Origin: Candidatus Omnitrophota bacterium
GTDB lineage: Bacteria; Omnitrophota; Gorgyraeia; Zapsychrales; Fredricksoniimonadaceae
Assembly (NCBI GenBank): GCA_963769315.1
Contig: CAVYLG010000003.1
Coordinates: 938,397-1,002,396 of the forward strand
Reading direction: 5' to 3'
Length of the DNA: 64,000 nt
The notes under the pieces were generated by a model that saw only the letters and a program-made list of their open reading frames with translations, did no database searches and had not been told where the DNA came from. Position numbers and translations under genes: made by a program. Every line of letters starts with the position of its first letter. The stretch's first letter is position 1. Shown here piece after piece: positions 17,944 through 27,812 of the stretch.

Positions 17944-18801
17944 TATCCCACCACCTCTCCTAAAGAAAGGCCTTTGACAATATATTTTTGCATGACCAAG
18001 TATATCATAATGATGGGTATCGCCGCCATCGTCAGGCCCGCCATCAGGACCGGATAATCTGTGCTATTGGCCCCCTGAAAGACCATGAGCCCTCTTTGCA
18101 AAGGCATCAATTGAGAATCCCCCAAAAGCAAGGTGGCCAGGATATACTCATTCCATACGTTCAGTGAATTAAAAATCACGATAACCGCAATGGCCGGACG
18201 CGCCAGAGGCAAGGCCACATGCCACCAAATGCCTATTTTGCTGCAACCGTCAATACGCGCGGCATCTTCCAGATCATGGGGCATTTTATCAAAAAAAGTC
18301 TTCAACAATAAAATGCTCATCGAAAGCCCGACATTGATCATGCACAAAATATAACCAAAACGGGTATTGACCAAATGCAGTTTATTCATCAAAACAAACA
18401 AAGCCACGAAGGAACCCGGCAAGGGGATCATCATGGCCGCCACAAACATATAAAAAATAATGTTTTTGCCGGGAAATTTTAAACGCGAAAAAGCAAAAGC
18501 AGCCAGGGATGCGATCAGCACAATGCCCGCGACGACACACACCGTATAAATAACACTGTTGAAAAAATAGACCGCAAAATTACCCTTGGTCCAGGCGATG
18601 GCGAAATTGCCGAAATTCAAATGATGGGGGATCAGCGCCTTGTCGACAAAAACAGTTTCATTGGTCATGAAAGCGCAGCGCACCATCCAGAATATCGGGA
18701 ACAGACACGTCAAGGCAACACTCCATCAAAAAAACATGGATGAGCGTTGATTGAGTCATGCCCCAAATGATATATTTGTTTGTCTTAATCATAACCTTCA
18801 T
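17943..18801 (-). pseudogene. Carbohydrate ABC transporter permease (MalG-like); frame interrupted once near the 5' end in this sequence
   Basis: The 256-aa ORF (17943..18713) has the EAA loop ...DLEDAARIDGCSKIGIWWHVALPLARP.... The missing first TM helix, MKVMIKTNKYIIWGMTQSTLIHVFL..., is encoded in another frame from ATG 18799-18801, which forms an ATGA overlap with the upstream permease stop. Confidence 0.8.
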
Positions 18802-19729
18802 GCTTGTTTTACCCTGTCAGATAATTTTTTCATAATAAAAGAAACACACACCAGGATCATCCCGAAAATCAACCGCCTCGGCACAGGCATAACCAAAACG
18901 GTTGGTGCCGGTCATCGACGATAAAATACGGATCACCGGCACATCCGTATGATTGACCAGCCCTTCATTGACCATGGAAAGGATCAAAACAAAAACCTGC
19001 ATGGACCCCAGGATCGTCAGGATCATCACAACCAAAATCACCGGCAGCATCATGGGTATGGTGACATTCGATAAAAGTTTTCCAGGCACTGGCCCCGTCA
19101 ACACGGGCGGCCTCATAAAGCTGTTTATCAATCGTCTGCAGCCCCGCTAACAGCATGATAAAACCCCAGCCAAACCCTTTCCAGCTGTGCACGATGGCAA
19201 TGGTCGTCAGCGCTGTTTTGGGGTCTCCCAGCCAATTGTGGACGAGCTGGGGCAATCCTGAAGTATACAAAAGATGATTTAAAAGCCCGATATGCTGCCC
19301 GTTTTGCATTTCGGGATTCAAGATCCAATTCCAGATAAGGCCGACCACCACCTCGGAAAGCACCGGCGGGATAAAAAAAACAACACGGTAAAAACGCTTC
19401 ATGCGGATCTCCCGGTCGCAGGCCAACGCCAGCGCAAAAGCCAAAGCGTTCTGGAAAATCAGGGCGATCAGTGTGATATACCCGGCATGCCCCATGGAAT
19501 CCCACCAGAGATTGTCCCCCATTAATTCCTTATAATTCTGCAGGCCGATAAAATGCATCGGCCCTATCCCCCGCCACTCATGGAAGGACAGAAAGATCAT
19601 GTTCAAAAAAGGATAGATATAAAAAACACAAAAGATGGCAAAAGCAGGAAGGACAAAAAAGAAATTCTGTAAATTATCCTTAAAAATTGCAGCGGCTTTG
19701 GTTTTTGAATTCACTGTTGACGTCATCAT
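18798..19729 (-). pseudogene. Carbohydrate ABC transporter permease (MalF-like); at least 2 frame interruptions
   Basis: MMTSTVNSKTKAAAIFKDNLQNFFFVLPAFAIF...LYEAARVDGASAWK.... The frame is then lost at an A4 run (19078-19081 on +) and continues as ...NVTIPMMLPVILVVMILTILGSMQVF... (track ORF 18817..19131). A second shift near 18840-18850 restores ...FGMILVCVSFIMKKLSDRVKQA* with the stop at 18798-18800. Confidence 0.8.
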
Positions 19730-19730
19730 C

Positions 19731-21039
19731 CTATTGATTCCCTCTGGCCATCTGACGGTCTTTGACCGTCTGCACATCCCTGCCACCTGCGCCGGGGTCT
19801 TCTCGCCGATAATGATGGCCTGAATACCCTTATCAAAAGCTTCGATGACCAACGGATCTTCATTCACCGGCCATATGGTCGGATGTGTCGATTGGTCCAT
19901 CCCCTTGGAAAATTTTCCCAAAACCGGAGATACGACCGATAGCGCTTCTTTAAGCGCTTCTTTATTGGAAGGCAAATTATTGGTTTCCCGGGCAAATAAC
20001 ACTTGCTGTTGTTTGGCTGTCAGCCATTTCAAAAAGGCGATGGCTTTATCTTTATTCGGTGAAGCGGCATTAACCACAAAAGAAGAACCGGCCCCTCCCC
20101 AAATTTTCAGCGGATACGCCGTGCTGACAGGCGGCGGGAGCATTACCCCATAATCCAAATTCGGATTCATATCATGATAAACATTGACGCACCAGGAGCC
20201 GTTAAAAGCAAAAGCCGCGCGCTCCAGGGCAAAATCCTGCTCGGCGTATTTATTGCCCTTGGTCACAATGCCGTCCATCAGAACACCTTTATCCCGCAGA
20301 TCGGCAAAAATACTAAAAACCTTGATCCAGTCAGGGTCCGTATATTTGACCTGACCGCGGAAGGTCGCAAAAATCTTTTCTTCTCCCATAATATTGAAGG
20401 CATAATTGGAGGCAAAACAATCCAGCAGCCACAACTCGCCCCAACCGGAAACAAAGGGAGTAATGCCCACACGCTTAAGGGCCTGGGCATCCTTGATAAA
20501 TTCTTCATAAGTCCGGGGAGGGATGTTAATGCCGGCTTTGGCCAAAAGCTTTTTGTTATAAAGCATCTGTTCGTTAGTCACATCAATAGGAACGCCGTAA
20601 ATACCGGGCTTGACCCCATAAATATTCCCCGCTCTCAAACCGCTTGTCCGCCAGGGCCTTATCAAACAAGCTATTGCGCCCATGCCCCGCCATTGGCATT
20701 CATGTCATCGGTCAAGTCAGCGACCAATCCTGCTTTGATAAAATCCGCTACAATGGATTTTGTATTAAGGATGCCGTAAATATCCGGCAGGACATTGGCC
20801 TGTGCCGCGGCGATGATCATCTGGGAATAAGAATCTGAGGGGGCGAATAACCGGACAGTGACTTCAACTCCGGTTTCCTTTTGATACTGTTGGGCAAGTT
20901 TTAAAAAGGTGTCGTTACAGTCGGTCATCCAGTGCCAGAGGAGGATTTTATTACTTGGGCGTGGGAGGCTGAGAACATCCGGCAAAAACAAGCAACATTA
21001 AACACGAACAACATGATATGCAATTTAATTTGCGCATCC
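19731..21039 (-). pseudogene. Sugar ABC transporter substrate-binding lipoprotein; at least 4 frame interruptions
   Basis: The lipoprotein signal MRKLNCISCCSCLMLLVFAGC (ATG 21037-21039) is followed by ...NKILLWHWMTD...ETGVEVTV.... Shifts at G4 runs (20685-20688 and 20627-20630) lead to ...IYGVKPGIYGVPIDVTNEQMLYNKKLL.... The natural C-terminus ...AQVA.DVQTVKDRQMARGNQ* (TAG 19731-19733) lies in another frame. Confidence 0.8.
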
Positions 21040-21051
21040 AGGTCTCCCCAT

Positions 21052-21993
21052 TTATACACCCAGGAGGGCTCTTAGAGTAGTTCTGGCAGTGTCCATAATA
21101 CCTTTTGATTTAGTGAAGAGCTTGTCATATTCATTACTGAACACGGTATATTGTTCTTCAAACTCTTTATCGCTTACACTGTCCTTCTTTTTGGGCGCCT
21201 TGATCTCCCGCCATAATAAAGAAAGCATTCTTTCAATTCTCTCTATCTGGTCAATACATGCCCTGTAATTCCTGAAAGACTTATTGTCAGACAAGGTCCC
21301 CAAAAGAGATATGGATATATTATATCTCCATTTTGCTTCCTCATAATTCCAGCACTTGATGAGGAAATTTAGAGTCTGTTCATAAGCAAAATTTCTGTTA
21401 TTTATTAAAAGATCGCGCAAAACAGATGTTTTGATATTAAGAAACTCGGATCTCGGCCTATTAAGAGGCAAGGACCTTATGCTTCGTGAGATCTCAGGAA
21501 ACCAGTTGGCCAAAAGTGAATAGGTGCCATAAGTATCTACCAGGCTTTTGGCGCTGTACTGGTCCCCTGTTCTAAAATCTCCTATGGCAATATCTGAACT
21601 TGTTGTTTCAATAAAGGCGCTGAGATTGTCATAGAATGCGACATCCTCTTCAACAAAATCAATATCACCCGGTATTTGTACAATCCTCTCTGCTTGCGGA
21701 TAATTATCAAGCACATGCCCCCAACCGGCAAGCCATGTCTGACATGAATCAACAGACCAGGTTTGTATAACCTCAAGGGTCTTGTATCTTTCATCCTTTA
21801 TAAAAGAAGCGGCATCCTGCCTTATGACCGTATCCCTGGGCAACATCACAATCGGCTTGGGATCAATTTCCTTACACCTGTCAATGGTCCACCAAAAATA
21901 CCATTCACACTTTTTATTATTCTCATACCCCAGGTATGGAAAAATAATAATCGGTTTTGAATTTATGCTTTTATTATTAGGTTGTTTTGCCAT
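21052..21993 (-). CDS. Hypothetical protein (313 aa), no confident family assignment
   Basis: Intact ORF with no signal peptide or TM segment. The N-terminal half alternates beta/alpha-like segments (...KPIIIFPYLGYENN..., ...IVQIPGDIDFVEED...); the C-terminal half is helical. It looks more AT-rich than its neighbours by eye. Confidence 0.5.
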   Translation of the reverse strand: MAKQPNNKSINSKPIIIFPYLGYENNKKCEWYFWWTIDRCKEIDPKPIVMLPRDTVIRQDAASFIKDERYKTLEVIQTWSVDSCQTWLAGWGHVLDNYPQAERIVQIPGDIDFVEEDVAFYDNLSAFIETTSSDIAIGDFRTGDQYSAKSLVDTYGTYSLLANWFPEISRSIRSLPLNRPRSEFLNIKTSVLRDLLINNRNFAYEQTLNFLIKCWNYEEAKWRYNISISLLGTLSDNKSFRNYRACIDQIERIERMLSLLWREIKAPKKKDSVSDKEFEEQYTVFSNEYDKLFTKSKGIMDTARTTLRALLGV

Positions 21994-22038
21994 GTCTTTT
22001 CTCAGCTCAGATCGTTCAGTCCATGATTAAGGCTTATA

Positions 22039-23482
22039 TTACGCTTTCCCCCGTCTTTCTTCCAGCTGCTTACGAATATCATAGGCCTTATCTTCTGAAA
22101 TGTCAAAGGTCATAATAATGAAAATAGCAATAAAGAGGTCACGATCGGAATGCCGATATCAAAGAGCCTCATATACAATAAAGCATGAGCTGATTGGTTG
22201 GCGCCTAGTGCAACATTGAAACCGGTCTTAACAAGGAGGACTCCGGAGAGGACCGATGCCCCGGCCATCCCTAGTTTTTGTATCCACCAGTAAATACCGC
22301 TAAACATGCCTTCCCTGCGGGTGCCGGTTTGCAGTTCGTCAAAGTCACAAACATCGGCGACCATGGAGGGGACCATGGTGAAAAGCGCTCCCAGGTGAAA
22401 CGCCAAGAAGGGAGCGGCGATCAGCAATAAATAAGGCAGATGGGGATTATACCCTATCCATTTCAAGGCATAACCGATGATCGCAATGGACATGGTGATC
22501 AAAAAAGTATTTCGCTTCCCGAGCTTTGTGGAAATCCATGTGGTCAAGGAAATAGCGCAGAAAGTGCAAACGGAACTGAATTGTCCCAAACCAACCAAGC
22601 AATGTGCCGCCTTTTGCCCAATCGCCGCCAAAAACATAGTAGACAATAACATACAACGTGAAAGAGGAAGCGAGCATGAATCCGTTGAAGATCAGGAATG
22701 TCACCGCGCAAAGCTTAACAAACGGAAGACATTTGAAAGACGTTACGCAATTGCTCAAGAGGTCTTTTATGATGTTCCAATAACCCTTTTTTCTTTCAGG
22801 TCTGGGTAAGTTAGCAAAATGCTCTTTGTTGAAAATAGCCGGAAGAATGCCCCCAACCAGGATAAAGATCCCGACGATGATGGCGAGGGACCGTGCGCCA
22901 TGCAACAATATCCGGTAAACATGCTCTTATTGTCCATGATCTTGAAGAACCAGGGAGCGATAAGCCAGGCAATTTGAGCGAAAAAGTTGCTGAACCCCTG
23001 CAGCCGGGTCCGCTCATGATAATCAGGTGTCATTTCATACCCTAGCGCGATCCAGGGAATCGAATAACAGGCAAATGCAATGATAAAGAGACACTGGAAC
23101 CCCAAAAAATACCAGAAATAGAAACTTTCGCTATGTCCCTTATAGAGTTGGAACATCAAGATGAAAAAAATCCCCGAAAAAATCGCTCCAAAAAATATAA
23201 AAGGCCTGCGGCGTCCATACCGGGTCCGGGTATTATCTGAACTGTACCCGATAAAGGGATCTGAAAAGGCATCGACAAGACGGGGAACAGCTCCGATAAT
23301 GCCGACTAAAACGGGATTCATGCCTAATCCGAGGTTCAAAACAATGACCAGCTGATCCAAGAGCGGCGGCCTGAAATTGATTAACGAGTGACCCTACACC
23401 GTATACGATTTTTTGAAAAACAGGAATGCGGTCTTCGCGGGCTGTCATATGGTGGGTCGACTGAGCTCATTGCTTGTTCCAT
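22039..23482 (-). pseudogene. Glycoside-pentoside-hexuronide (GPH/MelB-type) cation symporter; at least 5 frame interruptions
   Basis: The fragments together give ...RIPVFQKIVYGVGSLVNQ..., ...PRLVDAFSDPFIGYSSDNTRTRYGRRRPFIFFGAI... (GPH signature), further TM segments, and the tail ...IIMTFDISEDKAYDIRKQLEERRGKA* (stop 22039-22041). ATG 23480-23482 is preceded by GGGAGG. Confidence 0.8.
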
Positions 23483-23658
23483 TAACTACCTCCCTTTCAA
23501 TTTTAAAATAAAGAACAATTCTAAATAAAAAAAGGTTTAACTACTTTTTTAAAGTCAGAAATATATAAGACAGGAATCTAACACAGAGGAAAGGATTGGT
23601 CAAACAAAAAATGGCCTACTTATTTCTTTATAATAAAAAATACCTCTCACTCGATTAC

Positions 23659-26361
23659 TTACCCGAGAGTTACTTTGATAAGGGCGTCTTGGGGGATGGC
23701 TGATTTTTGAATGCAGGCCTTGGCCGGGGTCAGGCACCTGAAGGCAGGTGTTTTCCCATCTATCAAAATTTCCTCGATCGAGTAATGCCCGGCATCTAAC
23801 TTTTGCGGATTATGGTATTCCACCGTCAGCCGCTTGCCCGCGAATTGGCAGGACACAGAGGCTATTCCCTTTTTATTGAATTCTTCCTTGACTAATTGGG
23901 GGCAAAGCATTAAATCCCCACGAAAGCCTCGTACGCCAAAAACATGGTTCAATTGAGTTAACACCAACCAGCTGGCGGAACCGGTTAAATAATGGTACAT
24001 GCCGCGGCCTTCCAAATCAAAATATTCCGGAATGCCCGGGTAAATTTTACTACGGTTGCCGTCACAGGCCATCCGGTAAATAGACTGCAATACCGCATAG
24101 CCTGCCCGTGCAAATCCCCGTTGGTAAAGTGCCGCGGCATACATGACATTCATATGACTAAAAAAGGCCCCATTTTCTTTGGTACCGTAAGCAAAGCCAA
24201 AAGCCCGTCCCAAATCCATATAATGGCTCACGCCAAAATCCGTATTCAGGCGATATCCTCCTAATTTTTTGTCTTTTAAAAATCGATCCACACTGGTAAT
24301 GATTTTTTCAACTTCCTCGTTGGGGACCATACCGCTCATGACAGCAAATACCTGACCCGTCAAGGTCATGCGCACCACCTGCTCTTTAATACCTTCCACC
24401 CGTTGGGCTTTATTGTCATAATAGCCATTAAACCATTCATAGGTCTTGGCTCCTTCTTTAAACTGAATTTTTTCCTGGCGGCGGACATGCGCGAATATCC
24501 AATGCCCCTTGCCCCGCAAATCACGCACCAAATCTTTAACGGGGATCTCCACCATCTCCCCGCTTAAGGCCGGTTGCACACTATGAAAATATTTACCGAA
24601 AAGATGATTGTATTTGGCCTGATAATCATCGTAATTGACTTTTTCACTTAAACTGTCCAATAGAATTAAAAGCTCACGGGCCAAGCGTATTTTTTCTACC
24701 CCTTTGATGGCGGACATATCCTCTAGAAGATCGGAAAGGATCAATAAGTTCCCGCCATACAGCAAGGTAAATGCCACCGACTCGCCCCTGGAAGATGCCA
24801 TATCCAGGCCGTCGTTCCAGTCTGCACTTTCGAGACGGATGATGTTGTGTTCTCCGACGTTAAAAAATTGTGTCAAATGCTCAACCAACACATGTTCGAC
24901 AATGGTGCCCTCATACACATGCCCTTTTTTGTCCAACAATTTATTCCCGTACTGGCTGACCCACCCTATATCTTTGTCATGCGTACGGGATAATTGCGGG
25001 TCCCTGAAATAACTCTGTTTATGCAAAAGGATATCAAAATCCCCGCTCTGATCAATGTAAAACAACAAGGTCAAAAATGGCCATGCCCCATGATCCATCC
25101 ACACGCGGGTAATGGCGTTGCGGTCCGCCAAGAACTCCCCGGGTTTGGGCCCAATGATGGTGGCATTGCTGCCGTCAATACGGATACCGGCACAATTATT
25201 GATCAAATCCCCGCGCACTAAATGAGGTTCAATAAGGATCAACGACAATAAATCCTGCCAAATATCCCTCCACCCACGGCCACCCTTGCCATAATCATGG
25301 TCCGGCAGAAACGAACAACCGAAAATACGGCGTAAAACCGGCTGCAGAGTGACCCACCGCATCCAGGAATTAAAATTTTCATCTCCGGTTCTGAAAACAA
25401 TGGAAGAAATTTTGTCCAACCAATATTTTTTATTGGCCTCTAAAGCCCGGGCGAACTTCTCAACAGAATTAAAGTGATTAAAAATTTCTTTAGTTTGATC
25501 CTCAGCCTCCCCTAACCCCACGGCCACCACAAAAGTCTTACCTCCCCCCGGCTTAAGAGCAATGTCCTTAAAACGCAGGGCCCCCACCACTTCTTTGCCG
25601 TTAAGGGCCGGGGGGGCAAGCACAACCGGTTGATGATTTTCAAAAACCGCCTGGGGCCTTAAGAGTGAACCTCCATCTCCATAAAAACTATCCGCCGTCG
25701 GGAAAGAACCGAAAATGCCTTCTGATTGTTCCTGGCATCCATACACAAAATAAACACCGTGGCTTGCCCTATGCCCTTCTTCATTAAAGGCCATGGTGGC
25801 CTGCATCAGTACCCCCTGCGGTGTTTGTTTGACACGGTTTAAAAGAGCGGTCACATGCTCATGATCATGTTTGTTGGACAAAGAACGCCCAAAAAGGGCA
25901 ATGGCAGCCGTTGGCGTGAACTTGATCGGTTTCTTTGAGATATTTCTGACCGTCACCTGCATCAATTCAACATTCTCACCGCTGACAGGAATAAAATTAA
26001 TCGCGGTTAGTTCCAACCCCGCCGCCTTATGGGTACGCTTGAGCTTATGCCATAGAGGGCCGATTTCGACGGAGGCTGAATCAGGAGATGATTCCTGGGA
26101 TAAACTAAAGACCCCTTTATCTTTGATAAAAACAAAAAATTCACGCAAGGGAATGCGCAAATCCTCGCGGGAAGCGGGTTTTGTCAGGTAATGGAATTTA
26201 TCAATTTTAATATCCCCGCTTAAAACAGGGGTGATCGCGGACTTGACACTCAAGGCATCGCACCCGCATAAGGGCGCGTAGATAACCTTTATCGCGGTCG
26301 CTTGTTTTGAAGTAAAACTCACTCCGTCAGGTTGATATGTATAAAATGAATCTACTGACAT
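23659..26361 (-). CDS. GH94-like glycoside phosphorylase (cellobiose/cellodextrin phosphorylase superfamily)
   Basis: Intact 900-aa ORF. It carries the catalytic-Asp region ...RLESADWNDGLDMA..., ...YGKGGRGWRDIWQD..., and the (alpha/alpha)6 region ...GTKENGAFFSHMNVMYAAAL...HYLTGSASW..., typical of the family. Confidence 0.75.
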   Translation of the reverse strand: MSVDSFYTYQPDGVSFTSKQATAIKVIYAPLCGCDALSVKSAITPVLSGDIKIDKFHYLTKPASREDLRIPLREFFVFIKDKGVFSLSQESSPDSASVEIGPLWHKLKRTHKAAGLELTAINFIPVSGENVELMQVTVRNISKKPIKFTPTAAIALFGRSLSNKHDHEHVTALLNRVKQTPQGVLMQATMAFNEEGHRASHGVYFVYGCQEQSEGIFGSFPTADSFYGDGGSLLRPQAVFENHQPVVLAPPALNGKEVVGALRFKDIALKPGGGKTFVVAVGLGEAEDQTKEIFNHFNSVEKFARALEANKKYWLDKISSIVFRTGDENFNSWMRWVTLQPVLRRIFGCSFLPDHDYGKGGRGWRDIWQDLLSLILIEPHLVRGDLINNCAGIRIDGSNATIIGPKPGEFLADRNAITRVWMDHGAWPFLTLLFYIDQSGDFDILLHKQSYFRDPQLSRTHDKDIGWVSQYGNKLLDKKGHVYEGTIVEHVLVEHLTQFFNVGEHNIIRLESADWNDGLDMASSRGESVAFTLLYGGNLLILSDLLEDMSAIKGVEKIRLARELLILLDSLSEKVNYDDYQAKYNHLFGKYFHSVQPALSGEMVEIPVKDLVRDLRGKGHWIFAHVRRQEKIQFKEGAKTYEWFNGYYDNKAQRVEGIKEQVVRMTLTGQVFAVMSGMVPNEEVEKIITSVDRFLKDKKLGGYRLNTDFGVSHYMDLGRAFGFAYGTKENGAFFSHMNVMYAAALYQRGFARAGYAVLQSIYRMACDGNRSKIYPGIPEYFDLEGRGMYHYLTGSASWLVLTQLNHVFGVRGFRGDLMLCPQLVKEEFNKKGIASVSCQFAGKRLTVEYHNPQKLDAGHYSIEEILIDGKTPAFRCLTPAKACIQKSAIPQDALIKVTLG

Positions 26362-26462
26362 AAAACTTCTGGCTGGTATTTACAAGGAGATATCTTGCAG
26401 CATAAAAAAATATATCTGTCTTTACGCAAGGCCCTTGAAATCTACACCTTTCTAATAAAATT

Positions 26463-26816
26463 TTAGGTTGTCAAGCTTGATTCGGTGAGTTTAAAAAGAC
26501 GTTGCATTTTGATAAAATTCACTTGGGGAAATTGAATTCCGATATCCCATAAAGACAAATTCAATAATTTCACCCAAACCACACGCCCGCTTAAAACCAT
26601 CGGCTCTCCGCCGTCAGGTAATTCGACTTCCAAAGAAATTTGATCCTCTAAAAAAAAATGTTCTTTGGTAAAAATACGCATGCCCTGGGCGGAAGCGTCG
26701 CGTAAGAAAACTTCAGTCCCATAGTCATGGCGTTCATCTTTAAATTTTACCGGAAATCGCGCTGAAAAACGCTCGAATACTCTTCGTTCTTCTGTCCTCT
26801 GCAGGGCTGTTAACAT
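26463..26816 (-). CDS. PilZ domain protein
   Basis: 117 aa with RRVFER (RxxxR) near the N-terminus and DASAQG (D.SxxG), the two canonical c-di-GMP-binding motifs. Confidence 0.8.
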   Translation of the reverse strand: MLTALQRTEERRVFERFSARFPVKFKDERHDYGTEVFLRDASAQGMRIFTKEHFFLEDQISLEVELPDGGEPMVLSGRVVWVKLLNLSLWDIGIQFPQVNFIKMQRLFKLTESSLTT

Positions 26817-26896
26817 AGCTGGTATCTCCTTAATTGGAACCCGCCTTGCTTGCCCGGCATGGTCGCGGTGGCCACCTGGCCTAAGAAAGGTTTCCT

Positions 26897-27244
26897 TTAA
26901 AGATCATTTCCCCAGCGTTTTAAAGAAAAATATTTATCCAGACGGGTAGACGAGCCTGAAATAATCTCTGAAAACACCATACCAACGCGGTACTGCTCAG
27001 AAACCCCAAGCTTACGTACCCATTTTACAACCCCAATAACCATAACAGGTTCTGTATTTGGCTTAAGGACGATTTCAAGTGCTATTTTCTGGTTGATCCC
27101 AACATTTTGGGAAGAAATTAGACCAATCCCATGCCGACTGATATCTATTGTTCTAGTCCGATCAAATTCGGAACCTTCTTTACCTTCTACAGGAACAAAG
27201 CAACTATGTCTGGTTTCTGAACGTTGATCAACCGTACCACTCAT
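26897..27244 (-). CDS. PilZ domain protein
   Basis: 115 aa with RSETR (RxxxR) and DISRHG (D.SxxG). Confidence 0.75.
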   Translation of the reverse strand: MSGTVDQRSETRHSCFVPVEGKEGSEFDRTRTIDISRHGIGLISSQNVGINQKIALEIVLKPNTEPVMVIGVVKWVRKLGVSEQYRVGMVFSEIISGSSTRLDKYFSLKRWGNDL

Positions 27245-27608
27245 ACACAGACCTTTTCTATGGTGAATTATGGGTTGTTATTCTGAAAGCGCTTCCTCTG
27301 GTTATAGTTTAAAACATATTTACTAAAATGCAAATCAAAATAAGAAATTCTTTAGAATCATAACATACTAAGAATAATAGGGTTGTAAAATAAACTATAT
27401 TTTGCTAAAGAATTTATAAATAATTAAAATTTGATGGGCCATTTTTAACTCCCCTTTCCCCTCTTAAAAATCCGATTTCAAAAATCGACCTTCTTTTTAT
27501 TGCGGCTCATTTGCGCTAATGTTATACTATCAACAATATAGCAGGCCGATTTTTTAACTAACTTTAAGGTAACGGCACATATCTTTAATCATTTGAAATA
27601 GTAATGCT

Positions 27609-27812
27609 ATGGTAGAAAAATATTCTCCTTCCCAAAAAACTAAACAACTTTCCTTAGAAGAATATGCCAAAATCAAAGAAAAACTGGCTAAATCAAAATT
27701 AAAACTTTCCTTCCCCTGGGTAATAAAAGCCTGCTTTATCGTTCCGCTTGCTTATTGTGTATTCCTTATTATCTATTACCTTGTCCATCTGCGTTTTTTA
27801 GCAGAACATTAA
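27609..27812 (+). CDS. Small membrane protein (hypothetical, 67 aa)
   Basis: Charged N-terminus plus one C-terminal TM helix (WVIKACFIVPLAYCVFLIIYYLV). Its TAA stop is immediately followed by the ATG of the next gene (27810-27815), which suggests translational coupling. Confidence 0.45.
   Translation: MVEKYSPSQKTKQLSLEEYAKIKEKLAKSKLKLSFPWVIKACFIVPLAYCVFLIIYYLVHLRFLAEH

Noticed and set aside
18965-20683. A 572-aa ORF that appears to fuse a sugar-binding protein to an ABC permease, which would be a novel SBP-TMD fusion.
   Set aside because: Shifting one base near 19770-19790 gives a natural SBP C-terminus (...DVQTVKDRQMARGNQ*, TAG 19731-33), immediately followed by the permease start ATGATG (19724-19729). 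The fusion is an indel artefact. The same ORF also loses frame at both ends.
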